Assembly (NCBI GenBank): GCA_002189035.1
Contig: NEEC01000002.1
Coordinates: 1,116,001 to 1,180,000 of the forward strand
Length of the DNA stretch: 64,000 nucleotides
Reading direction: 5' to 3'
Source of the DNA: Utricularia gibba
Taxonomy: Eukaryota > Plantae > Magnoliophyta
Part shown: positions 24,169 through 35,682 of the stretch, one piece after another
How the letters are laid out: every line of letters starts with the position of its first letter
Numbering within the stretch: the stretch's first letter is position 1
Notes under the pieces: generated by a model
Told to the model about the DNA's origin: nothing
Databases searched by the model: none
What the model saw: the letters and a program-made list of their open reading frames with translations, nothing else
Program-made: the position numbers and the translations under genes

Positions 24169-27140
24169 TCAAATCTCTAGTTGTTCAAGACATCTGACAA
24201 CGGTATTCACATCGGGATCCACTTCGGAATCTTCTTCTCTCACGTTGTTGGCCTCCCTTGTCGCCGGAGCAGCGAGCTGACTTGAATCCAAGGGTGGGTG
24301 ATCCCGGCGATCACCACCTGGGCACGGCGGGGAAGCAAACAGGGGGACGACATGCCGGATGCTGATGGCCGGGGCCGGGGCGGGACGGCACTGTGTTCCT
24401 TGAGATGGAACCGGAGTAGGCCGTTGAGGAAGCGGCGGAGCAGAGAATACCGGCACTGCCGTTCTTATTGTCACCGGGGGAGCCATTCCTTGGTAGCTAG
24501 GCTTCCTGCACTGGTTTATAGGGACGTAGGGCGCAGCTCCTACTGCAAACCTGGGAGTGCTCATGGTATGCGACTCTGGGGCGGGGAGTGGCCGGTGGGA
24601 ATGGAGTGGAGGGGGTTTGGGCGAGGTGTGGGTATCAGAAGAAAACAGGTTCAGGGGAGGAAGTTGCTGATAGAGTAAAGGAAGGATTTTGGATGTGGCC
24701 ATTGAGGGGCGTTGTGGGCTCGAGGGACGAGACCCTGCAGCCGGGAACTTTGGCCGGAACGGCGAGCAGGTCGACAGACTGCTCGAGTTGATTGTTTCCA
24801 GCTTCCCCAATGTGGGGCGCTGTGGGCTCGAGGGACGAGATGCTGATGCTGGAAACTTGGGCCGGAACGATGAGCAAGATGACAAGGTGCTTGAGTTGAT
24901 AGCCTCTAGCTTCTCCCGGTTACGGTAGTTCTGTAGTGCCCTGGCAATTCTGGTCTGCTCTTGCTCGTCACCGTTTTCATTGTCCACTGAGGTGCAAACG
25001 TCCTGCTCAGCCACTGATCAAAAAAGCATACCCATCAGAAACCATAAAAAAACAGTAGCTCTTTTGTTCCCGATGACAAAACAATATGGTACCAAAGATT
25101 ACTTTTTTTCAATGATGTCCAAGCGGCAAGTGCAGCATTCTTCTCAGCTTGCTTCTTGTTCTTGGCCGGTTCACCATGGAATGTGATTCCAGCCAACTCC
25201 ACCATCCCGGTAAAGACGGGAAGGTGACTTAAGCCGGATCGGAAAGTAGTGTAATATGGCAATGGAGATCCAACTCTCTGAGCAATCTCTTGCAACAGGT
25301 TCTTGTAAACTCCAGTCTCATCCTGTAGAAAACAAATATCCCCACATCAAGATCAGATCCCAACCCCAGGTGTACCATAACTTGTTTAGAGTCTATGCAC
25401 CTAATACACCAAACTTCAGTGGTGCAAATGCAGTATAATCATTTGATCACAAACACAGACCTTGGCCTTTCATAATTTCTCCTCTACATATCACATATTC
25501 TAAACAAACGAAGAAAAAGGCAGGCCCCATAAAGTCCGTTGGCACTTTATCGAACGTCAACTGTTTTTCCAAGTAATTCCATGTCGTAAGATAGTAAAAT
25601 TTGAAGGCAGACCCCACAAATGACACAAATGTAGAGAAGCAGTTGGGGGTAATAAATACATTGGCCTCAATAACAATCAATGGAGGGGGACGGGCACATG
25701 AATGCAGCAGCATGCTGTAGATAAGAACAATAAATGAAGGGTAGGATGGGGGACAAGACTAAAACTGTACGTCTTTAGCTCAAAAAAATCACTTTTCCCA
25801 CGTACACCTATAATTCATCCCTAACCCCAAAAAAAACACCGCAACACAGCATATGGTATACACCTAAAATTGTACACATCAATCGAGGCAAAAAATATCA
25901 ACACAGAACACCCACAGCAGACTAGAAACAACACTAGTAATGGGAGGCAAACTTAAAATGTGTAGATGGAAATGAAAAACAAGTATGCGTGGAGGGCAGA
26001 TAAAGGATGTTTGAGTAATTTCTTGCGGCAGGCTTTTTCATGCATTTATTTGAAAAATAAAGAGAGTCAACAATACCATTATCCATCTCTATCATCGTAT
26101 CAAAATCATACAGCCAACTCGAAAATTAAAAATATTTCCCTAAAGAAACTTGCGTAAACTTTCAAATTAAACGTTTTTCCAGTATTGCAAAGTTTCCAAA
26201 AAATCCAATCTAAGCAGCAAACAGCGTTCAATCTCAGGCATTTCCATAGCATCCACACAACCTCACGGAAAAGTCAAAGAGACGAAAGAGTCAAAACATT
26301 TCATTGACTGGTCCAAGCCTCAACCTTCATTCGGATACACCCATGAAAAAATAACAAGCCCGCTATTTCACCTAAGCACGGGAAAATATAAGCATCCACA
26401 TCCATAACATTCTTATGTGATTTCATACACTTGAACTCAACCAAAAATTGCTTCTACCCTTTCTATTTCACCAAAAAAACGCAAAAAAACCGTCAACAAT
26501 GAGCACAAAAAAATGTGTAAACAAGACCTAAGAACAGCTTTGCAAGAATTCAAGCACAACAATCATATACAACGATGCATACCCGCAGCATATCTTGTAA
26601 TTGATTTAAAAATGACGAAAATGCCCCCACCAATACATACAGAAATATATAACATCTCCCCCCAAGTTATAGCTCCTGCCTAGGCGTAATCTCTAACTCC
26701 ATTTCCCAATAAATTCATTTCTGGACGGGCAAACTCGTCATTTCACTATCCGCCGGAAAACAAAGATGAGATTGCTCATCTACCGGCACGCCCTGGCAAA
26801 ACTAAACCCTAGCAAAAGCGAATGGCTATAGCGATCTAGGAGATCTACCGTCAATTTTTCAAAAATCGTGATTAAGCGTTGTTAAAAAACGAACCAGGAT
26901 GCGTGCGGCCAGGGAATGGGAGGGGCCGCGCGAGGAGAGGGAGGCGAGGGCGACCTCGGCTGCGGAGTGCTCGGCGTGACGAAGCGTGGAGCAGTACTGA
27001 GGGCTCTCGAAGTTCTCCCCATTGAAATTCACCACCGCCTTGAAGCGCGGCGCGTGGTCCGGGCCTTCCCTGACGCACGTGTACGACGGGAGATTGAAGC
27101 AGCTCCGCTGCGCCAGCTCCTGCAGCTGGTTCTTGTACAT
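24169..27140 (-). CDS. DRB2: Double-stranded RNA-binding protein 2-like, 436 aa
   Basis: Exons 27140-26895, 25322-25103, 25013-24169. Two dsRBMs (MYKNQLQELAQRSCFNLPSY..., YKNLLQEIAQRVGSPLPYY...KKQAEKNAALAAW) followed by a Pro-rich tail with MAPPVTIRTAVPVFSAPP. Confidence 0.93.
24699..24916 (-). repeat. In-frame 108 nt (36 aa) tandem duplication in DRB2 exon 3
   Basis: EKLEAINSSTLSSCSSFRPKFPASASRPSSPQRPT followed by GKLETINSSSLSTCSPFRPKFPAAGSRPSSPQRPS. Confidence 0.9.
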
Positions 27141-27499
27141 CCTCCACCGACACAAACGGAATGCAAATGACCTTCCCCTCGCTTCGCAGCCCTGAGCGCT
27201 CCGGGCAGTGAATTCGGCAGACAAAAGCGAATCAAATGGATCCACAAAGCACTTCTTGCTTTTGGAGAAGATACAAACAACAAGGTAGGAGGCAGGCAGA
27301 TGCAATGCAGCTAACCCTATTTTTCTAATTCTTCCTTCCTCCAACTTTCTATATAAAAATATTAAAAATCCTTAATTAATTACACCCCGCATTTAATTTC
27401 TTTTTTTTTTCAAGTTAGCATTAAATATCATACATAAACCATCCACCTTTCCCCGTCCTTCCTTTTCAAAACCAGACGTTACCAATAGTAAGGTTATGG

Positions 27500-27910
27500 G
27501 CTCCCGTAAATTTGACGAAGCCCAATGGGCCTAACAATCAGATCCCTAAAGCCCAATACCAATGCGGTCCACCCGTAAACCCAGAAAACGGGTTAATGAA
27601 GGATTTTTTTTGGCAGTAAATATGGTGATTTTTTTTTTTTTTAAAAAGGTTGAATTTGGTGTTGGGAGATGGAGACATGAGAGAGAGGAGTTCATGGGCA
27701 GGGGAAAGCGAGGTCTCGGAAGACGAATGAATGAGCGTGGGACAAATCTGGAAATATTATAAAAATGGGCGCGGCCCAAATCATGGTGACACTTCGGCAG
27801 CCTGGCCCACCAGGACAATTAATGTGTCGGCCCATTCGTCAGAAAATCTCATCCTCTCACTTTTTTTATTATTCAAATCGAAACAAATCGGACTCTTTTA
27901 CAGCCCATGA
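27500..27910. promoter_or_regulatory. Site II (TGGGCY/RGCCCA) cluster in the DRB2 promoter
   Basis: Several agccca, tgggcc and ggccca motifs upstream of the DRB2 leader. This is a typical TCP-bound housekeeping promoter pattern; function inferred. Confidence 0.45.
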
Positions 27911-30713
27911 TTGATTACTTCCCGGGTTCAACTCAATTAGCCGTAAACCAATTGTTTTAAATAACAAAAAAAATTCATAAGCAGTTTTCAAAACGATCCA
28001 TTCTATAATTATACTATATTTTTAATTTCGGATATCGAATTATTACGTTTTTATATTTGAAGTTTGACCTATTTAATCATAGATTAAACTGTTTAATTTT
28101 TTAAAAAATTATTTAACTCAATTTAATCTCGTTTTAGTCGAATTTTTTGAAATATTGATTTAAGCTTTCTCTTTGTTATTATTATTATTATTATTCAAGA
28201 AATAAGAAAGATGTTGATATATAGGATGTAAATTCTTTTAATAAAAAAATATTATATAATTGGGAGGGGGAGTTAGGGTGAGAGGGACAAGATGAAGATG
28301 GAAAGATACGGGGAACATTCATTGGAAATGGACAAATGCGACGGGGGCTGTGACATGGCCATTCATGTCAAGTCATGTCATGCATCATCATCCATCAGGG
28401 CTGCCATCGCACATGAAATGGAGCGAGCATCTCATGGAAGACAGACGACAGCAGCAACTCCCATGTCCCAGCCCCCCATCTCCACTCCTTTTCTTGCCCA
28501 TCCCTCCTTCCGGCATTCGCCTCCATGGAACTCCGTCGTCGCCCGGCCGGCCGGCCGGCAGATGCCCGGAGCCACTCATCCTTCGGCGCCGTCGAGTGGC
28601 AGCCGGCCCCCCGCTGGAGTTGATGCCTCCCGGCGGAGCCCCCTCATTCTTAAGGAGTGATGTCATCTGACATCATTTACCAAAAAAAGCATTATAAATT
28701 TGAATTACTACCATTACAAATTGAAAATATTAATATAAAAAATTCTTTTATCACGTGTTTGGTTGCAGAATTTAAATATAATTTAATAAAAAGATAATTA
28801 TCTGCTCATTATTCATGATAAAAATATCAAATAAATAATAAAATATATAAATTTCACATTTTTGCTAAAATTTATAAATGTTAAATTTCAATTTCAATCT
28901 TTCATAAATTTTATCGTAATAATTTTAATATTTTTCACTTAATACTATCTACGAAAAGTTACGCATAAATCTTGACTAGGTAATTTTCGGCCCGAAGCGA
29001 CAAAGAGATGTTATCTCATGTTAGAAAATTACAAAAGAATTAAATGGTTTATAATTTGACTTGTTCAAGTATTGTTAAGACTCCTTGGATTGAATTATTA
29101 ATGGGGGACACTTATGTCCGAATAGTCAAAAAGGAAGACAACGAGGTTTGGGAATAATAAATTAATAAACTAGGGTTAAGGAATCCTTAACCTGATTTCG
29201 TAGGGTTAATAATGCAAATTATGTGAGGATTAGGGTGTGGGAACCCTAAGTATGACGATTTCGGGGATCATTAAAGCCGCAATCAATAAAAGAGGAATCT
29301 TTTTTCCCAATCTCATTGACTGCGTGTGCATTTGTGAACCCCAACTGTCAAATTTTGTATGACTTTTGGAACCCCAATTTGTGTTCGCATCCAGGAATGG
29401 AGGTATGGTTCCAATTTTCGATTGCTTGGATGCTTTGACTACGGGATCTATAGATTATAGCATGAAGTTCTTTCTTTGTTTGCAATCGTTTTCAAAGCCG
29501 CCATTAATAGAGGTTAGAGTAGTTGTGTAGGTCATTTAGCTATGAAAAGAGAGTTATTGCGGTTGGAAAAATGCAAAAGAAAAAAAATGATAAGACCTCA
29601 CGAAATACTTGAGGGAAAAACGAACACGTTAACAAAAGCTGTGTCATACTTTGCCTAGTTTTTATGCCGTGTCGATTTCCGACACCTTTCGCATTTTATT
29701 GTCACCACTGGGGGGTGCGTGTGGTATTTCGCTGAGTGTTAATTTGAGAGAACTTAAAAGTGGGATGTTCCATGAAAGTGGATTTGTAAAAATCTTGTCT
29801 TGAAAAGTGTCACCTTGGGACCAATTGCAAGGGAAATCATGTCTTTTTTCTTGGAGTTTAGGAGCACGGAGTTAGGGAAGGATAAGATTAGAAAAAGAAT
29901 AACTTTGATGCGTTGTCAAAAAAACTGTTGGGCCTCTTTTTTTTATATGATGGATAGTCCAGTTTATTGGTATTCAAGAGAAGAAAAGCTCTGGTTTTGG
30001 TAATGGTCGTTGAGAGAGACTGATTCAAGTTGAACTAAAAGAATGGTTAAGAAGACAGATGAAGTGGTTTTTCCCCAAATTTCTTATTGCTTCGAAGAAA
30101 TGCGATCTCAATGATCACAAAATCAAATGCAAAGTAAGCGGGTTGTATAATGGCCGGGCCACTGCATTCATTTGTCCCCCCCACTAAAGACACTATTCCC
30201 TCTCTCTCTCCCCCTCTCTGGAAGCGTACACATAAAAAACAGAGGTGAGTCCAAAAGGGGTTTCCTTTGCCTTTTGCATCTGCACTCACCGAGCAATTGT
30301 CTATATCTGCTGCTGTTGGTGCTGCATCCCTTTTAAACAACTGGTTATGGGTGAGGAATTATACTATGAATTTCTGGTTATTATTTGACACCCTCATTTC
30401 TGAATAGTAATCCACCTCCTGTGGGCAATCTTTACCTGGAGATGACATGTTTTCATGTTGTTTCATCATTTGAAAACTGAAAATTCCATCTCTCTGAGGA
30501 GCTTGCTTTAAAGTCGGGGCCTTTATCTGTATTCAGGTCATAATTTGGCATCTTTTTCAGTGAAGCATAACTTGATTGCTTCAGACCCATTTTCTGGCCC
30601 TTTTTTGACCCTTCACCTGGTGGTTTTGGTCACTATTTCTAGTCTGGCTGTTGTGATGCTACACTACAGTGACTGAGCTGTTGGGCAATATCTCATTGAA
30701 AGGATAGGACCTC

Positions 30714-33700
30714 ATGGAAATTGATCTGAATCATGCTGTGAGTGGCGCAGAGAAGAAAAAATGCATCCATGGAAACTGTGTTTGTGGGTGCTGTTCATCC
30801 ACTTCCACTTCATCTTGCTCCTCAAATGCCTCTTCTCCTTGTTCAGTTTCTGCTCCTTTGATTTGCAAGGAGCTGTGGCATGCTTGTGCTGGACCTCTAA
30901 CCAGTTTGCCAAAGAAAGGAAATATGGTGGTTTACTTCCCCAAGGCCATTTGGAACAGACTTTCTCAGCTTCGTCACTTCCTCCCATGGAGATAAACACT
31001 TTTGGGGTTCCTCCTCATGTCTTTTGCAGAATTGTTGATGTTCAGCTACTTGTAAGTACCTCTTCTTTCAGGATCCATTGGTTTCCCCTTGTATTTACAA
31101 GTTATAGAAAATTGGACAGTTTTTTCTGATTTTTTTTCAATTAGGTATAGAACTCGATTCTAAATTAAGAGATTTTAGTCACCAAGTGTTACAGGATTCA
31201 GAAAAGTGAAGTAAGCGTAAATGTTGACTGAGAGAAACATGGTGTGGATAGAATATATTGAGCAATATTTCAAAAACACAGAGATATCAAGCATGACAGA
31301 GAGAGTGCACTGCACCAGTCCAGTCAATTAGAATGCTGGATTTTTAACTTCTTGCTTGTTTTCGGGCTGTCATTTTTAAGTTTATCGATGTTTTGAAGCA
31401 GGCCAACAAGGAAAATGATGAAGTTTTCACTAAGCTGACCTTGCTTCCTCAGCAGGAGGTAATTGCTTGTGAAAATCTTCTAGAAATGAAGATTTTTCAT
31501 TGTTATGGATTGTCTCTGTTCGGTGAAAATCTTCTAGAAATGAAGAAATTTCCTGGATTCTCCATTTTTCCATAATGTTCACTTTCTTTGGAGTCGTATC
31601 TATCATTGGCGCTAGCCATGTTGAAGTATTGTCTGTTGCAACAATGAAGGTGATGACTACCGATTTCGAAAACTATGACAGTGGTGATGAGGAGGGTACT
31701 AATGTTTTGCCATCGAAGTCAACTTCCCACATGTTCTGCAAGACGCTCACTGCATCAGACACCAGTACTCATGGTGGATTCTCTGTTCCACGCAGAGCTG
31801 CCGAAGATTGCTTCCCTCCTCTGGTGTTTATTCTTCTCGAATAGTTCTTTTTAGTTATCATGTTACTGTTATTTCTTAGGAGTTACTGTTTTTATAGGAT
31901 TATAACAAACCAAGGCCTCTCAAGAACTCATTGCTAAAGATTTGCACGGTGTGGAGTGGAAATTCAGGCACATTTACAGAGGTAAAAGTTTGATTACTTC
32001 TTTCCTTCTCACGCAATCTGATCTACAATCATATGTTGCAGGCCAGCCTCGACGGCACTTGCTGACTACAGGGTGGAGCATTTTTGTGGGTCAAAAGAAT
32101 CTCATGTCCGGAGATGCCGTTCTCTTCCTGAGGTACATTGCTTCTGATATTCTCATAATCTGCGCTGAAGTCACATGATTTGTATAAAAACTAGAGCTTG
32201 ACTTCACGTTCAGCTCACAACTGGGGAAGTTCAGATGCAGAGTGCTGTCCTAAATGGAAAAAATATACTACGTATTTAGCTAACTTCATTCTCTTGTACT
32301 GTCTGCACTCTAAAACCGCTTTTTAATATGCAGGGGAGAAGGTGGAGACCTACGGCTTGGGATTCGTCGGGCAGTTCACCCAAGAAACAGTTTACCTGAT
32401 TCAGTCACTAACAGACAGAGCTCTTATGTAAATGTCCTTTCACCAGTTGCTGATGCCCTTTCGAACAAGACCTCTTTTTCTGTCTTCTATAATCCAAGGT
32501 AACATGATCTGTGACTCGTACATGTTCTGTCAAAGGCTTACAGTTTTAGCCAGCACCAGTGAATTTGTTATATGAGTGCCAACTTGTGTTGCAGGGGGAG
32601 CTGTCCTGACTTCATCATTCCCTATCAGAAGTATGTGAAATCTACAGCAACTTCAGTGCCTGTTGGGACAAAATTCAAACTGAGATTTGACTTTGATGAT
32701 TCTCCCAAACGAAGGTTTCGATTCGTTTCGTTTTGCATCAGTTAATACCTGTTGCGATTTCCTGTTTCTATTTCCAGATAAAGGAAATGCATTGCTTCTC
32801 AAATTTTCAGTGGAGTGGTTACTGGCATCAGTGACATGGATCCCTACAGATGGCCTAATTCAAAATGGAACTGTCTTGTGGTATGTACATTTTTTTTTTC
32901 CGAATGACTCAAGTTTTTTGGATACTGCTTCACGTAACAATGCTTTCTGGTTGCAGGTTCGTTGGGACGATGATGTCTTGGGCCACCACCATGACCGTGT
33001 TTCACCATGGGAAATCAGTTTTCCACCTAACTGTACACCGTTTCGCGTTGAGTCCTCTCCTACTCCCAGACACAAGAAATTAAGATCAGACATGCAGGGA
33101 ACCCCTCATGGCTGCTCACTCCCAGGTGCTCATCTTTTCTTTGGAGATTCCTCCCCTTTCCACCTGTCTCTTCTCATTGTGTAGATGTATTTTCATAATG
33201 CAGGAAGGCATGGGATTTTGGACTTCAATGAGTCGATTCGACCCTCCGAGGTCTTGCAAGGTCAAGAAAATGGTGTTTCAGTACCATCTCTGTATGGAAG
33301 GGATCCAAGAAGTTTCAGGCTGCAACAGACTGTTAGTAGTCGCATGATGGAGCGAAGCAGCTACAATGAGCTCTTGCCAAACCATGCTCCTCCCACAACC
33401 TTCACTGGCTTTCTGGAATCAAACTGGTTTCCTAGGGTCTTGCAAGGTCAAGAAATTTGTTCTCTGAGGTCTCTAACTGGGAACAGGGAAATAAAACATG
33501 GTGCTTGGTCCAAGCCAGAACTGAACCCCAGGCCTCAGATGAGCTTCTACCCTCTAGCCTCCGAAGGTGTGAGAAATGTGACCATTTCTCAAAAGGGTGT
33601 CTATGTGATGGAACCACAAAGCCCTCTAACTCCCACAACCATCTTCAATGCCCAGCCTTTGAGCCACACCTTAGCAGAAACCTCCCTGCGCTGCAGAAAC

Positions 33701-34517
33701 CTTGTTGAGATCGATGGAGTATCTCGTCTTCAGTATGAACAAGGGGCGGTGGAGAAAACACCTGCACCAGAAGCATCAACTGTGCATAACAGCAGAAGTG
33801 GGGGTGACAGTGATAAGGAGAAGAACCCCTCAAGGTGCAAGATATTTGGTTTTTCATTGACTGATGATCCAGAAACTCGCAGTCTGCATGGCTCTACCAA
33901 GAGGAGGTGCACAAAGGTGAGATTCTATTTGACTTGGTGCATGCATGTCTGTCATTTTTGAGGAACTACAGTTCATTTCTGCTCTCTGATAAGGTTCACA
34001 AACAAGGTAGCTTGGTGGGACGAGCCATTGACCTCTCAAGGCTCAATAATTATGATGAGTTGCTGATAGAACTGGAGAGGCTGTTCAGCATGGAAGGCCT
34101 GCTGCGTGACCCCAAAGAAGGATGGTGCGTGTTGTACATGGACAAAGACAATGACATGATGGTCGTTGGAGATGACCCCTGGCAGTAAGTCCCCTTCCTT
34201 AACACTGAGTTCCCTGAATGCCAACCAGAAAGAGAGCCATAGCCTCTGAACCTGGAATCATTAAGATGTAAAGAAATGGCTGTTTCTCCTACTGCAGCGA
34301 GTTTGTGGAAGTGGTGACGAAGCTTCATCTCTACACACAACAGGAAGTGGAGAAGCTGACGATCATCACAAACAGCGATGACACCAAAAGCTGCTTAGAA
34401 GAAGCACCACCGGCCCCTGATGCATCAAAGTCGCCTTCAGTCGGGCAACTGGACTCTTCTTCCCCGCAACGTTGCGTTTGTGAACTGCTAAGAACGTCAT
34501 GCATGTCTTTCCCTTAG
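30714..34517 (+). CDS. ARF4: Auxin response factor 4 (ETT/ARF4 clade, with PB1), two apparent frameshifts
   Basis: MEIDLNHAV...[24 protein letters not shown]; B3 [32 protein letters not shown]; two VLQGQE motifs; PB1 [16 protein letters not shown]...[12 protein letters not shown]. About 12 exons traced. One nt is missing at 30938-30941 and one at 31916-31917. Confidence 0.93.
33248..33268 (+). promoter_or_regulatory. TAS3 tasiR-ARF target site 1
   Basis: GAGGTCTTGCAAGGTCAAGAA matches the canonical ARF3/4 site complementary to tasiR-ARF (UUCUUGACCUUGUAAGACC..). Confidence 0.93.
33434..33454 (+). promoter_or_regulatory. TAS3 tasiR-ARF target site 2
   Basis: AGGGTCTTGCAAGGTCAAGAA; the two-site arrangement is established for ARF3/ARF4. 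Confidence 0.95.
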
Positions 34518-35036
34518 TTCAGACACTTCTTGCTCTAAGAAACTAATTTGTAATGCTGGACATCCTTGATTTACATCAACCGCCCCTGATACTCGCAACT
34601 TCCTGATGCAGCAAGCCGTTTGTTATCTCTACTTAATCTAGTTAAATACTGCAATGCTTCTCACACAAGAAGCTTGTGGGTGCATTCTCAGACCACCCAC
34701 AGCACGCCACGCCACGGATGGTCATGTCACAAGAGTGGTTTGGGGAATTCTGTCTTTCACCTATCTCTCTTTTCAAAAAAAAAAAAACAAAAACAAAAAC
34801 AAAACAAAACATAATTTCATTTTTTTCTACAACCAACATTCAGTTCCTTTCTAAAGTTCAATCTCTCCCACAGTCAGTTTCTAAAAAAAGCTGCAAAAAG
34901 AAAGTATAGGCGACTGCACATAACCATGATGCAAATTTCTAGTTATTAGGTGGTCGTAATGGAGCTTCATGTCTGTAAAAGTAAAGTCGATGGAAGTGAA
35001 AAATCTCAGCTCCCGAGCTCCTCCAAGTCATTCATC

Positions 35037-35682
35037 TTAAATGGTCTGCTCCAGAGGGAATACTCCGATGCCATTCTCGTCCAGCGAGCAGCTCCCACTG
35101 TTGAAGTACTCCATAACGCAATACGAAATATCGTCGAACGTGTTAAAGTTGATCAGCGGCGACACGGTCTCCCCCAAATCATGGCCTGGAGACTATCCTT
35201 CTCGCCCTGCAGTTTATCAAGCTGTGCTTGTGCTTTTGCCAGCTGCGCCTGGAGCTCACTCACTTGTCTCTGGAGCTGGAAGATCGCTCCGGCGCTCCCG
35301 TACACCGGATCTCTAAGCCTCGCATTCGCTTCATATACGATGCTGGAAACTGCGTCCGCCCTCTGGGACTCAGGAAGTTCCTGCAAACACTGAAGCTTAA
35401 TACCGCATGTCATGAGATCATGTTCCATAGTCGGCATGCCACTACACTATCCACGCCGTAGCAGTGCCAGTGCATTTAGACAATTTAATAAGATTGTATC
35501 GCCGGGTCACCAAAGTGGGCAAGCTTACGTACCTGCAAGTTTTTGATGATGTTGCTGGCACCGAACACGCGATGAGCGGTGGCGAACCTGAGAGGATCCG
35601 AAAGCGGGAAGTATGGCGCCAGAAGGCAGTTGTCCGCGCACCGGCGCCGGAGAACTCTACAGGCGGCGCAAGGGTAAACCAT
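35037..35682 (-). CDS. LOB domain protein, class I (LBD1/LBD11-like), ~164 aa after repair of one frameshift
   Basis: Exons 35682-35533 and 35380-35037. C-block CAACRVLRRRCADNC, GAS block (HRVFGASN...RDPVYGSAGAI) and Leu-zipper LQRQVSELQAQLAKAQ. TATAAATA lies about 50 nt upstream. The uncorrected frame stops at 35153. Confidence 0.9.

Noticed and set aside
29231-29250. AGGGTGTGGGAACCCTAAG, similar to the recalled 5' end of plant telomerase RNA
   Set aside because: No USE/TATA upstream, no CTAAACCCT template downstream and no complementary 3' CCCACCCC end, so this is a chance match.
29669-29685. Inverted TGTCG pair (GTGTCG-attt-c-CGACAC) in the ARF4 promoter
   Set aside because: The spacer of about 3 nt does not match the 7-8 nt spacing preferred by ARF dimers, and a single short dyad is expected by chance.
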